Assembly: GCA_963721815.1 (NCBI GenBank)
Contig: CAVRLO010000024.1
Coordinates: 422,234 to 486,233, forward strand
Source of the DNA: an uncultured Candidatus Rokubacteria bacterium
GTDB taxonomy: Bacteria > Methylomirabilota > Methylomirabilia > Rokubacteriales > CSP1-6
DNA: 64,000 bases
Reading direction: 5' to 3'
How positions within the stretch are numbered: position 1 is the first letter of the stretch; each line of letters begins with the position of its first letter. The notes under the pieces were generated by a model that ran no database searches, was not told the DNA's origin, and worked only from the letters and a program-made list of their open reading frames with translations. The position numbers and the translations under genes were made by a program. Below are positions 28,934-39,038 of the stretch, piece by piece.

Positions 28934-30052
28934 GTGGTCTCGACGTTCGCCGCGCTCGTGCTGGTGGCGGTGGTCGCATTCGCCGGGGAGGCGCCGCGAT
29001 CGCCGAACCCGAAGCACAGCCGGCTGCCCGCGCGTCAGGTCGATGTCGCGCAAGGGCTCGAGCACCCCTGGGGACTGGCGTTTCTTCCCGACGGTGGCCT
29101 GCTCGTCACCGAGCGCGCGGGCCGGCTCCGGGTCGTGGACCGCAACGGTGTGCTGTCGGAGCCGCTCGCCGGCGTCCCCCAGGTCCGCGCCGGCGGCCAG
29201 GGCGGGTTACTCGACGTCGCGCTGAGTCCCACGTTCGCTCAAGATCGGCTCGTCTATCTCTCGTTCTCCGAGCCGGGCGAGGGCGGTGCCGGCACCGCTG
29301 TGGCGCGTGGGCGGCTCGGCGAGCGCGGGCTCGAGGACGCCCAGACGATCTGGCGCCAGCACCCGAAGGTGGGCGGAGGCCTTCACTGGGGCTCTCGGCT
29401 GATGTTCCGCTCGGACGGCACGCTCTTCGTCACGCTCGGAGACCGGGGCTCGCGCGACTACGCTCAGGATCTCTCCACCACCATCGGCAAGATCGTCCGG
29501 ATCAACGGCGATGGTACGATCCCGCGCGACAACCCGTTCATCGGTCGCTACGGCGTCCGGCCGGAGATCTGGTCGTACGGCCATCGCAACGCGCAGGGGG
29601 CCGCGCTCGACGCGCGCGGACAGCTGTGGACCATCGAGCACGGCGCCCGCGGCGGGGACGAGGTGAACCACCCGGAGCCCGGCCGCAACTACGGCTGGCC
29701 CATCATCAGCTACGGCGTCGACTATTCCGGCGCCAAGATCGGCGTCGGCACCACGCGGCCGGGCATGGAGCAGCCGGTCTACTACTGGGATCCGGTCATC
29801 GCGCCCTCGGGCGCGACGTTCTACAGCGGCGACGCGTTTCCCGACTGGCGAGGCGACCTGCTGATTGGCTCGCTGAATCCCGGCGGCCTCGTGCGCCTGA
29901 GACTCACCAACGGTCGCGTCGCCGGTGAGAGCCACTACGTGATCGATCCCGGCGAGCGCGTCCGCGATGTACGGCAAGGGCCGGACGGGATGATCTACGT
30001 CCTGACCGACAATTCCCGCGGTCGCATCGTCCGTCTCGAACCGTCGCGATAA
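28934..30052 (+). CDS. PQQ-dependent soluble sugar (aldose/sorbosone) dehydrogenase, secreted
   Basis: SD GGGGGAGGAG then GTG; signal peptide; 'HPWGLAFLPDGGLLVTERAGRLRVV'; previously merged into an 827 aa ORF. Confidence 0.65.
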   Translation: MVSTFAALVLVAVVAFAGEAPRSPNPKHSRLPARQVDVAQGLEHPWGLAFLPDGGLLVTERAGRLRVVDRNGVLSEPLAGVPQVRAGGQGGLLDVALSPTFAQDRLVYLSFSEPGEGGAGTAVARGRLGERGLEDAQTIWRQHPKVGGGLHWGSRLMFRSDGTLFVTLGDRGSRDYAQDLSTTIGKIVRINGDGTIPRDNPFIGRYGVRPEIWSYGHRNAQGAALDARGQLWTIEHGARGGDEVNHPEPGRNYGWPIISYGVDYSGAKIGVGTTRPGMEQPVYYWDPVIAPSGATFYSGDAFPDWRGDLLIGSLNPGGLVRLRLTNGRVAGESHYVIDPGERVRDVRQGPDGMIYVLTDNSRGRIVRLEPSR

Positions 30053-30246
30053 GCGCGCGCTACTGGCGAAGATCCTTACAGTCAGCTCGCGTGCTCTTTA
30101 TCTTGGCCCTTGCTTCTGCCCATGCGCCGTTCATGAACTCATCGTGGGATTGTGAATTCCTGGGAACTCGGGGCTCGATCGGAAGTCTGGTCCTTTTCTT
30201 GCGCATATAGTATGGTTTGCCCATCTTCGATCGGAGGGAGACGCGA

Positions 30247-30894
30247 ATGCGGCCTGCTTTTGTTTCCTCGTTGCTCGGTGTCCTGACTTCCGCGGTGCTC
30301 TTGTTCGGCGTGCATGGGAACGCTGGCGCCGCCCTGCTGTTCACGGATAATTTCGACGCCGAGCCGCCGGTGTCCTCGCAGCTCAACTACAACGCGTTCG
30401 CCAACTGGAACGTCAGCAACGGGACCGTCGACCTCATCGTCAGCGGCCAGTTCAGCATCGATTGCGTTGGCGGCGTGGGCAAGTGCGTCGACATGGACGG
30501 CAGTATGTCGAATGCCGGGCGAATCGACACGAAGACCACGTTCAATCTGGCGCCGGGCGACTATGTGCTGAGTTTCAGCGCCTCGGGCAATCAGCGTCTC
30601 ACCACCGCGGTCAACGACTCGATGACGTTCGGGTTCGACGCCATCACCGGCTCCGTCGCGATCCCCGACCCGAACGCGCCGTTCGCGACGTTCACCCTGC
30701 CGTTTACGCTTTCCGGCACCACGTCAGGCACGGTCTTCTTCGAGCATGACGGCGGCGACAACTTCGGGATCATCCTCGACAACGTCGTGCTCGAATCTCG
30801 CGGGGCTCAGGGCGTGCCCGAGCCATCGGTGTTCTTGCTGATGGGCGCGGCCGCGGCGGCAGGCGCGATCGGCTTTCGGCGCCGCCGAGGCTGA
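30247..30894 (+). CDS. PEP-CTERM sorting-domain protein (secreted/exosortase substrate)
   Basis: signal peptide; C-terminal 'VPEPSVFLLMGAAAAAGAIGFRRRRG'. Confidence 0.7.
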   Translation: MRPAFVSSLLGVLTSAVLLFGVHGNAGAALLFTDNFDAEPPVSSQLNYNAFANWNVSNGTVDLIVSGQFSIDCVGGVGKCVDMDGSMSNAGRIDTKTTFNLAPGDYVLSFSASGNQRLTTAVNDSMTFGFDAITGSVAIPDPNAPFATFTLPFTLSGTTSGTVFFEHDGGDNFGIILDNVVLESRGAQGVPEPSVFLLMGAAAAAGAIGFRRRRG

Positions 30895-31025
30895 TCGCGG
30901 TCGTATCCCGCCACCTGTTGCGCCGTTCTGGCGCGCGTAGGCGGCGTCAGGGCGGGGCCTCTCGGGCGGCGCTCGATCCAAAGACCACACGTTGAGGTAA
31001 GCTGTGGCCCGGGAGGTAGCGGGCC

Positions 31026-31862
31026 ATGCTGATCGTCGACTCGCAGATCCACCTCTGGCAGAACGGCAAGATGAGCGGGCACCATCGCCAGATCCCGACC
31101 TATTCGGTCGACGATGCGCTGGCCGAGATGGCCTCGGCCGGCGTCGACTGCGCGGTGATTCATCCGCCCAGCTCGCTCGGCGAGCCCGTCAACGTGCTGG
31201 CGGTCGACGCCGTGCGCCGCCACCCCGACAAGTTCTGCATCCTCGGGCATTTCGACCTCCAGAGCCCGGATCGCGAGCGTATCGTCTCCCACTGGCGCGA
31301 GCGGCCGGGAATGCTCGGCTTTCGGTTCACGTTCAACCAGCCGCACCAGAAGGCCTGGTGGACGGACGGCTCGCTCGACTGGTTCTGGGCGATGTCGGAG
31401 CGGGCCGGACTGCCCATCGGGCTCCTGGCGGGCGGACAGATGCCGGCCCTGGCGAACATCGCCGAGCGGCATCCGCGGCTGAAGCTTCACATCGATCACC
31501 TCGGACGTCACGGCGGCGGCACCGGGATCACCGACGACGCGGCCTTCGCCGATCTCAAGGACACGCTCGCGCTGGCGAAGTATCCCAATGTCGCGATCAA
31601 GATGTCGGGGGCGCCGAGCTACTCGAGCCAGCCCTATCCGTACAAGAACATCCACGGCTATCTGCGGCAGATCTTCGAGGCGTTCGGGCCGGAACGCTCG
31701 TTCTGGGGCACCGACATCACGCGCATGCCGTGCTCGTATCGTGAGTGCGTGACGATGTTCACCGAAGAGCTGCCGTGGCTGAAGGGTCGCGACCTCGAGC
31801 GCGTAATGGGCGGCGCCGTCGTCGATTGGCTCGGCTGGAAGCGGCCGGGAGGGCGGGCATGA
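31026..31862 (+). CDS. amidohydrolase-2 family metal-dependent hydrolase
   Basis: 'MLIVDSQIHLW' N-terminus; 278 aa. Confidence 0.6.
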   Translation: MLIVDSQIHLWQNGKMSGHHRQIPTYSVDDALAEMASAGVDCAVIHPPSSLGEPVNVLAVDAVRRHPDKFCILGHFDLQSPDRERIVSHWRERPGMLGFRFTFNQPHQKAWWTDGSLDWFWAMSERAGLPIGLLAGGQMPALANIAERHPRLKLHIDHLGRHGGGTGITDDAAFADLKDTLALAKYPNVAIKMSGAPSYSSQPYPYKNIHGYLRQIFEAFGPERSFWGTDITRMPCSYRECVTMFTEELPWLKGRDLERVMGGAVVDWLGWKRPGGRA

Positions 31863-33022
31863 TCACGAAGTTCGGCAGCCTGTTCGCGGGCCACGTCGAT
31901 CTGGACAACGAGGGGCTGGACGGGACCGCGGCGAACGACCGCTGGCTTTCCGACGAGGAGCTGGCGGGCGTGTTCCCGAAGAGCGAGGCGATCGCGAAGC
32001 TGATGGACCGGACCGGCTACGATACCTTCTGGCTGGCCGAGCACCACTTCCAGCGCGAAGGCTACGAGTGCATCCCGAACATCCTGATGCTCGCCCTGCA
32101 CCTCTGCCACATCACCAAGCAGATCAAGATCGGCTGCGGCTTCAACATCGCGCCGATGTGGCACCCGCTCAGGATGGCCGAGGACTACGCCACCGCCGAC
32201 TGGCTGACCGGCGGCCGGGTCATCTTCGGCGTCGGACGCGGCTATCACACGCGTGAGGTCGAGGTCTTCGGCGCCCCGCTGCTCGACCAGGAAGCCAACC
32301 GGGAGCTGTTCGAGGAGCAGGTCGAGGTCATCTTCAAATCGTTCAACCAGCGCGCGTTCTCGCACCAGGGCAAGTACTACACGCTCCCGCCCCAGGTGCC
32401 CTATCGGGGCTACGAGCTCCGGGACATCAGCCTGGTCCCGCGCCCGAAGACGTTGCCGGTCGAGTGCTGGCAGCCGGTCGTGAGCGCCAGCCCGCGAGCA
32501 CTCGATTTCATGGCCAAGCACGGCATCAAGGGCATCATCGGCGGCGGCGCGGCGCAGGGCGGCGCCAACGAGAAGGTCGTGCACGCGTTCCGCGAGGCGC
32601 GCGCGCGGGCCGGCCGCGAGACCCAGCTCGGTGGCGATCTCTGCATCGGTTTTTCGTTCTACATCGCCGACAGCGTCGAGCAGGGGATCAAGGAAGCGAC
32701 GCCGTTCTTCGAGGAGAACATCAAGATGTTCGCGCCGCTCGGCTTTGTGCCGGGTCTGACGCCCGAGCAGATCGACGCGGTCGCCGATCCCAAGCGCGCG
32801 CGGCAGGCCGGGCTGCCGACCCTGCGCAACGCGATCAAGGCGGGTACCTGGCTGATCGGACCGCCGGAGCAGATCACCGAGCAGCTGATGGAGGTCCAGC
32901 ACAAGTATCCCGGCCTGGAGGTCGTCAACGTCGGCCAGCCCGTCGGCACGCCGGAGGCGGTGATTCTCGAGCAGCTCGAGCGCTTCGCGAAGCAGGTGAT
33001 GCCGGCGTTCAAGCGCGCGTAG
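31859..33022 (+). CDS. LLM-class flavin-dependent oxidoreductase (luciferase-like monooxygenase)
   Basis: 'MITKFGSLFAG...DTFWLAEHHF'; ATGA overlap with the upstream gene. Confidence 0.75.
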   Translation: MITKFGSLFAGHVDLDNEGLDGTAANDRWLSDEELAGVFPKSEAIAKLMDRTGYDTFWLAEHHFQREGYECIPNILMLALHLCHITKQIKIGCGFNIAPMWHPLRMAEDYATADWLTGGRVIFGVGRGYHTREVEVFGAPLLDQEANRELFEEQVEVIFKSFNQRAFSHQGKYYTLPPQVPYRGYELRDISLVPRPKTLPVECWQPVVSASPRALDFMAKHGIKGIIGGGAAQGGANEKVVHAFREARARAGRETQLGGDLCIGFSFYIADSVEQGIKEATPFFEENIKMFAPLGFVPGLTPEQIDAVADPKRARQAGLPTLRNAIKAGTWLIGPPEQITEQLMEVQHKYPGLEVVNVGQPVGTPEAVILEQLERFAKQVMPAFKRA

Positions 33023-33078
33023 TCCGGGTAGCGCGCCGGCGAGCCAGGTCTGGCCGCCGCCGGCGCGCCACCGCGCGT

Positions 33079-33546
33079 TTAGGCCGGTGCGGGCAGCCTG
33101 AATCCCTGCCGCGCCAGCAGCTTCCAACCGCCGTTCTGTTTTTGCCAGACCTGGAGCGCGCCGATCCTGGTGGTCGTCGCCTTGCCCTCGAGCTCGGATT
33201 CGGCCAGGAAGATGTGACGCGCGATGGCCGCGTCGCCCACCACCGCCACCTTGAGCTCGGGGAACGCGAGCGACTTGACCGTCTGCTTGCGGGTCATCAC
33301 CGCGTTGACGAATTGCTCCTTGGTCTCGACCCGTCCGTCCGAGTGGCCGTAGCTGATCTGCGCGGCCGTGACCTGCTCGAGCTTGGCCTTGTCGGCCTGG
33401 AGCAAAGCCTTGCGCAGGACCTCCACGTTCTCGGTGACCGCCGCCTCGTCGGCGGCCTGGGCGTCGGCAACGCCGCTGAGCAAGAGGCCGGGTGCGCTGA
33501 GAGCGAGTGCGCCTACAACCGCCAGGTCACGTCGCGATACGTCCAT
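33079..33546 (-). CDS. SnoaL/NTF2-like (DUF4440) protein with Tat signal
   Basis: 'SRRDLAVVGALALSAPG' twin-arginine signal; GAGGAGG RBS. Confidence 0.55.
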   Translation of the reverse strand: MDVSRRDLAVVGALALSAPGLLLSGVADAQAADEAAVTENVEVLRKALLQADKAKLEQVTAAQISYGHSDGRVETKEQFVNAVMTRKQTVKSLAFPELKVAVVGDAAIARHIFLAESELEGKATTTRIGALQVWQKQNGGWKLLARQGFRLPAPA

Positions 33547-33707
33547 GGTGTTCCTCCTCGACAGGCTGGGCCGACGCCCGATTTCGGTGCAGCGTAGCGC
33601 TCTCCGGTCCGCTTGTCGAAGGGCATTTCTCGCGCTGGACAAGGTCGCTCAGGTGCATGAGATAGGAGGGACCGGCGCGCACCCGAGCATGTGAGGAGGA
33701 GACGGCA

Positions 33708-34535
33708 ATGGACATCGGCAGTGGCAAGATCGCCTGTGGCCCGATCGGCTTCGCCCTTCAGTATCGCGACATCGACGGAGGCGCACCGCACCGCCAGGGC
33801 GCGGGAGGCGGGGGCGGCAACCATGCCGATCAGGGCGTGTGTCTGCAAGTGCTGGGCAAGGTGGACGACGCCGAGCGCGAGCTACTCCGGTTCGAGTGCC
33901 TCGACAATCATCCGCACTATCACTACGACCCGGCGGGGACCAACGTCCGCGTCATGCTCGACCCCACGGTCACCGGCAATCCGCTTCGATGGACGATGAC
34001 CCAGCTGCGCCGCAAGCTGCCGGCGATGCTCGGCCGCGCCGGATATGAGCAGATCGCGTTGCAGATCGACCCCTCGCAGCTCCTGCCCGTGCTGGACGAG
34101 GTGGAGGCCAAGGCGTGCGAGATGGCGATCCGCAAGCGCCGCACGGTCCGCCACAACCGGGGAACCGACGTGATCGAAGCGGGCAACGTCCGGTTCGGCC
34201 TCGAGATGCGCGTCGCGGGCCAAGGGGACGGTGGCATCGCCATTCACGTCCTCGGCGACATCGCCGGCCAGGAGGTCGAGCTGCTCGCCTTCGACTGCTT
34301 CCGCATCTACCCGCACTATCATTACGGGCCGATGTACAAGAACGAGCGCATCTACCTGGACAAGACCCTGGTGCCGGATCCCTTCAAGTGGGCGCTCGAT
34401 CAGTTCAAGGGCGGGAAGCTTCCGGCCATGCTGACGCGTGCGGGCTATCCGACGGTTGCGGCCGCTCTCGACGAGGGACTCGTCGCCCAGAAACTCCTCG
34501 AAGTCGACGCGAGGGCGCAGGCCATGCTCGGCTAG
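33708..34535 (+). CDS. hypothetical protein with an internally duplicated ~90 aa domain ('PHYHY' motif)
   Basis: two repeats: 'ELLRFECLDNHPHYHYDP...LPAMLGRAGY' and 'ELLAFDCFRIYPHYHYGP...LPAMLTRAGY'. Confidence 0.45.
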   Translation: MDIGSGKIACGPIGFALQYRDIDGGAPHRQGAGGGGGNHADQGVCLQVLGKVDDAERELLRFECLDNHPHYHYDPAGTNVRVMLDPTVTGNPLRWTMTQLRRKLPAMLGRAGYEQIALQIDPSQLLPVLDEVEAKACEMAIRKRRTVRHNRGTDVIEAGNVRFGLEMRVAGQGDGGIAIHVLGDIAGQEVELLAFDCFRIYPHYHYGPMYKNERIYLDKTLVPDPFKWALDQFKGGKLPAMLTRAGYPTVAAALDEGLVAQKLLEVDARAQAMLG

Positions 34536-34545
34536 GCAGCTCGCC

Positions 34546-35484
34546 TCAGGCGAGGTGCTTTTTGAAGAAGGTGATCGTCCGCTCCCAGGCCAGCTTGGCC
34601 GCGGCTTCGTTGTAGCGCGGCGTCGAGTTGTTGTGGAACCCATGCTGGGTCCCGGGATACATGTGCATCTCGTACGGGACGCCGCTCGCCTTCAACGCCG
34701 CCTCGTAGGCCGGCCACAGCGCGTTGATCCGCTCGTCGCTCTCGGCGTACTGGATCAGCAGCGGCGCCTTGATCTCCGGTACGCGCGCCGTCTCGGCCGC
34801 CGCGCCGTAGAACGGGACGCCCGCTTTCAGATCCGCGCCGAGCGTGACCGCCAGGAAGTTGGTGGTGCTGCCACCCCAGCAGAAGCCAGTGACGCCGAGC
34901 TTGCCGGTAGACAGCGCATGCGCCTTCACGAAGCGCGCCCCGTTGACCATGTCCGTGCGCAGCTTGCCCTGGTCGAGACCGGCCTGGAGCGTACGGCCGT
35001 CGTCGTCATTGCCCGGGTAGCCGCCCACGGGCGATAGCCCGTCCGGAGCCAGCGCCAGGAAGCCCTCGGTCGCGGCACGGCGCGCGACATCTTCGATGTA
35101 GGGATTGAGCCCGCGGTTCTCGTGGATCACCAGGACGGCGGGAAACGGCCCCTGGCCAGTCGGCTGCACCAGGTATCCGCGCATGGTGCCCGACGTACCG
35201 CCCGGCGACGGGTAGGTCACGTAGCGAGCTTTGATTCGCGTGTCGGTGAAGGAGATCGTCTGGGCCAGCGCATAGCGGGGCAACAGCGCCTGCGCCATCG
35301 CTAGCGCCGACACGCCGCCGATCGTCAGCAGGCTGGCCCGCTGCAGGAACTCACGCCGGTCGATGGTCCCGTGGCAGTACTCGTCGTAGAGATCGAACAC
35401 GCGCTGGTCGATCTCGGTCTGCCTCAGCGTCGGCGGCGCCTCCGGTGCGATGAGTGCCCGATCCGTCTTCGAGTCTTCAGCCAT
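34546..35484 (-). CDS. dienelactone hydrolase family protein with Tat signal
   Basis: 'RREFLQRASLLTIGGVSALA'; 'GVTGFCWGG' nucleophile motif. Confidence 0.7.
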   Translation of the reverse strand: MAEDSKTDRALIAPEAPPTLRQTEIDQRVFDLYDEYCHGTIDRREFLQRASLLTIGGVSALAMAQALLPRYALAQTISFTDTRIKARYVTYPSPGGTSGTMRGYLVQPTGQGPFPAVLVIHENRGLNPYIEDVARRAATEGFLALAPDGLSPVGGYPGNDDDGRTLQAGLDQGKLRTDMVNGARFVKAHALSTGKLGVTGFCWGGSTTNFLAVTLGADLKAGVPFYGAAAETARVPEIKAPLLIQYAESDERINALWPAYEAALKASGVPYEMHMYPGTQHGFHNNSTPRYNEAAAKLAWERTITFFKKHLA

Positions 35485-35527
35485 GGTTCGATCTCCTCCG
35501 TTGCGATCCACCGAGCCCAGGGGACCG

Positions 35528-36248
35528 CTACGCTTCGCCGTGGAAGAGGCGGCCGAGGCCCGCGATGGGCTCGGTGATCTCGAGCCGGCGAAGGGCCGCC
35601 CAGAGCACGGCTTGATTGCTGTTCACGACCGGCTTGTCGAGGCGCCCCTCGACGTCCTCGATGGCGTCGATCATGCTCGTGGCCGTGCAGCTCAGGAAAT
35701 AGCCGTCAGCCTCGGCCCGGCGGTTTTCCACAGTGAGGTCGGCCCATTGCCGTCGGGGTGATCCGGAGATACTCGTCGCCGCCGCCCTTGAGCCCGAGCC
35801 CGAGGTCGTGAACGACCTCGTAGCCCGCCTCGCCCAGGAACTCGATCTCGTGCTCGTTGGTGGCCTTCACGTATGGGCTGATGAGCACGACCTTCCGGAG
35901 CCGGAGCTTCGCGAGTGCTTCCTTGACGGCGAGTCCCGTGGTCAGGGCGCGACAGCCGCTGGCCTTCTCGACGAGCTCAAGGATGCGGGCTTCCCCGGCT
36001 TGGCCCTCGGCCATGGAGTTAGCGGTGCAGTGGAAGACGATCACGCCCGGGCTCGTGTCGGAGAGCGCCTCGGCAGCGCGGGTGATGTCGTCGGCGAGCT
36101 CGCGCAGCGGTCGCGACCACTGGCCGGTCATGCGCAGGCGCGTGGTGTGCACGCCGACGCCCACGGGGGCGTAGCGCTGGAACTGCACCTCGGCGGCGGT
36201 GTTGCTGGCCGGGACGATGAGACCGATACGCGGTGTCGGCGTCGTCAT
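35528..36248 (-). CDS. Asp/Glu/hydantoin racemase superfamily (maleate isomerase / arylmalonate decarboxylase-like); apparent frameshift near 35745
   Basis: ORF 35706..36272 and ORF 35528..35731 are consecutive in different frames; GGAGGAGG RBS. Confidence 0.5.
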
Positions 36249-36430
36249 GGTGATCCTCCTCCGCGCCACCAACCGTCAGGGCGCCCGTACGCTGCAGGCA
36301 TCGCCGGAGAGCATATCTCCCTCGACCTCGGCGGAACAGCCCCGGGGCAGTGTCGCGCCGCCCTTGCTCACTCGTTGTGTTGGCGCTACGGTTGCCCCAC
36401 GATTCGGGCCGGCGGTTCGCGGGAGGCGCA

Positions 36431-37189
36431 CGCATGAGGATGCGTCGAGGAAGCCCCGAACGAGGCGAGAGGTCACGGCGCGACCACCACGACTGGGCCT
36501 CGGAGCCGTACGTGGACGAGTGGGTGAGACGGCAGCAGGCCGAGGACCCGAGCCGAGCCGAGCGGTTTCAGTTGATCTGTGACCTCTTCCCATTCCCCAC
36601 CGACGCAACCGTCACCATCCTGGATGTCGGTGCGGGTTACGGTCCGGTGAGCATGTTCATCCTCGACCGGTACCCTCACGCGACGTGTGTAGCGCAGGAC
36701 GGGTCTGAGCCGATGCTGAATCGCGCACGTCACCTCGTCGCGAAGTACGGAGAGCGCGTCGAGCTGCATCGGTCCGACCTCTTCGACACGGGTTGGCTGC
36801 CCGCGCAATTCGGCCCGTTCGACGCAGCCGTGTCGTCCAGTTGCTTGCACAACCTGCGCGACTTCAAGCGCATCCGCGAAATCTACGGCGAGATCCGGAC
36901 GCACTTGAAGCCCGGCGGCGCCTTCTTGAACGCGGACCTGGTCAACGCCCCGACCGCCGGGCTGCGCCAGCGGTATGACAGGGTGACAGCCGCGCGACGA
37001 CACCGCGAAGGCGCCGCCGCCGAGGATCTGACGGCGCTGGTGCGCCATGGGACACCAGCGACCGCGACCCGGGAGCCCTTTCCGGCGACCTTGGACCAGC
37101 ACCTCGCGGCGTTGAAGGCGGTCGGGTTCAAGGACGTCGACTGCTTTTGGAAAGAGCTGCGACGGGCCGTCTTCGGTGGTTACGCATAG
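36431..37189 (+). CDS. class I SAM-dependent methyltransferase
   Basis: 'ILDVGAGYGP' motif I; start chosen at Met after GGGAGG. Confidence 0.55.
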   Translation, partial: RMRMRRGSPERGERSRRDHHDWASEPYVDEWVRRQQAEDPSRAERFQLICDLFPFPTDATVTILDVGAGYGPVSMFILDRYPHATCVAQDGSEPMLNRARHLVAKYGERVELHRSDLFDTGWLPAQFGPFDAAVSSSCLHNLRDFKRIREIYGEIRTHLKPGGAFLNADLVNAPTAGLRQRYDRVTAARRHREGAAAEDLTALVRHGTPATATREPFPATLDQHLAALKAVGFKDVDCFWKELRRAVFGGYA

Positions 37190-37416
37190 AGGACGGCCCC
37201 GATGAGCGGGGCAGGTATTGAAGCGCTTGACAACGCCACGGCGGAGACTACCATCCGCCACGAAGGGTAGGGTAACTCTCCACGCATCGACGGCTGATCG
37301 CTTGAGGTGTCCCGATGCGATCAGGTGCTTGTTCCTGCAGATCTGACACCTTTCCCGCGCCTGTGAGCGGGCAAGGTCCCTCCGCGAAAGGTCCCTCCGC
37401 GAAAGGAGAACCTGCG

Positions 37417-39015
37417 ATGCGAGCTCTCAAGGTGGGCGCGATTCTCTTGAGTGTCGTGATGCTCGTGGGCCTCTGCGCTGCTGCCCAGGCCATGGCCCAG
37501 GAACAGCCTCGTCGCGGAGGGGTCTTGCGGGTGGCCCTGGCCGCCGATCCCCCCAGCCTGGACGCGCACCAGGAGCAAACCTTCGCGGTGACCCAGCCGA
37601 TGAGCGCCATCTACAACAACCTGATCGTCATCGACCCTCACAACTATCCCAAGGTCGTCGGGGATGTGGCGAAGTCCTGGAAGGCCTCGGGCGATTACCT
37701 GACCTACACCTTTACGCTACACGAAGGGATAAAGTTCCACGACGGCAGTGAGTTGACCGCGGCGGACGTCAAGGCCAGCTGGGACAAGGTGGTGTTTCCC
37801 GCGGGGGGCGTGATCAGCCCACGGCGGGGGAACTATCAGATGATCAAGAGCATCGAGGCCCCCGACCGCTCCACCGTGATCTTCCGCCTGCACCACGCCT
37901 CGCCGCCGTTCCTGACGCACATGGCCCACCCGGCCAATTTCATCTATCCGAAGAAGTATCTCGACACGGATCCCAACTACTTCAAGACCAAGGCCGTGGG
38001 GAGCGGGCCGTTCAAGCTGAAGAGCTACGTGCGGGGCTCCTACGTCGAGATGGAGCGCAACCCCGACTATTGGAAGAAGGGGTTGCCCTACCTGGACGGG
38101 ATCACGTACTTCATCATCACCGACACCTCGGCCCGGACCACCGCCTTGCGATCGAGTCGCGTCGACACGGAATTGCGCTTTCTTCCCCCCGTGGACGTCG
38201 ACGCCATCAAGCAACAGCTGGGCGACAAGATCGTGGCCGCCAAGATTCAGAACATCGGGACGTTCGGCGTCACGGTGAACGCGAGCAAGAAGCCATTCGA
38301 CGACGAACGGGTCCGCAAGGCCCTGACGCTGGCCATCGATCGCTACGACGCGGTCAAGACGCTGTCCCCGATCACCAACCTGGAATTGATCGGGGGCATC
38401 ATGCACCCGGACAGCCAGTGGTCGTTGAGCCCGGCGGAGCTGGAAAAGCTCCCGGGCTTCGGCCGGGACCACGCCGCCAATCTGCGCGAAGCCAAGCGAT
38501 TGCTGGCGGAGGCCGGCTTTCCCAATGGCTTCAGGACCGTGCTGACCAACCGCAACATCAAGATGCCGTACATCGATCTCGCGGTCTACGTGATCTCGTC
38601 GTGGAAGAAGATCGGTGTGGAGGCCGAGCACAAGGTCGAGGAGACGGCCACCTGGAGTCAGAGCCGGTTGAACCGGGAGTTCGCGCTCCTCGTGGACCCC
38701 TACGGCTCCACGACGGTGGGAGACCCCGACGAGATGCTGGACAAGTTCGTCACCGGGCAGCCGGAGAACTGGGGCCGCATGAGCGATCCCGTGGTCGACG
38801 ACCTCTTCGCGCTGCAGTCGAAGGAGATGAACGAAACGAAGCGCATCCAGCTGGTGAAGCAGATGTCCAAACGCCTTCTGGAGAAAGCCTGGCGGATCGA
38901 GGGGTTGTGGACGACTCGCCTCGAGGTGCGCACGGCCCGCCTGCGCAACTACGAGCCACTGCCCAGCCACTGGAACAATCGACGCTTCGAGGATGCGTGG
39001 CTGGCGTCCAAGTGA
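37417..39015 (+). CDS. ABC transporter substrate-binding protein, family 5
   Basis: signal peptide; SD AAAGGAGAA; 533 aa. Confidence 0.8.
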   Translation: MRALKVGAILLSVVMLVGLCAAAQAMAQEQPRRGGVLRVALAADPPSLDAHQEQTFAVTQPMSAIYNNLIVIDPHNYPKVVGDVAKSWKASGDYLTYTFTLHEGIKFHDGSELTAADVKASWDKVVFPAGGVISPRRGNYQMIKSIEAPDRSTVIFRLHHASPPFLTHMAHPANFIYPKKYLDTDPNYFKTKAVGSGPFKLKSYVRGSYVEMERNPDYWKKGLPYLDGITYFIITDTSARTTALRSSRVDTELRFLPPVDVDAIKQQLGDKIVAAKIQNIGTFGVTVNASKKPFDDERVRKALTLAIDRYDAVKTLSPITNLELIGGIMHPDSQWSLSPAELEKLPGFGRDHAANLREAKRLLAEAGFPNGFRTVLTNRNIKMPYIDLAVYVISSWKKIGVEAEHKVEETATWSQSRLNREFALLVDPYGSTTVGDPDEMLDKFVTGQPENWGRMSDPVVDDLFALQSKEMNETKRIQLVKQMSKRLLEKAWRIEGLWTTRLEVRTARLRNYEPLPSHWNNRRFEDAWLASK

Positions 39016-39038
39016 GCCGGCGGGGCTAGGTAATCGCC

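Noticed and set aside
27569-30052. Single 827 aa cyclase/sugar-dehydrogenase fusion protein
   Set aside because: The cyclase has its own conserved C-terminus and stop ('HALRGRDTLIELWAE*') in another frame. The dehydrogenase has its own SD, GTG and signal peptide, so these are two genes.
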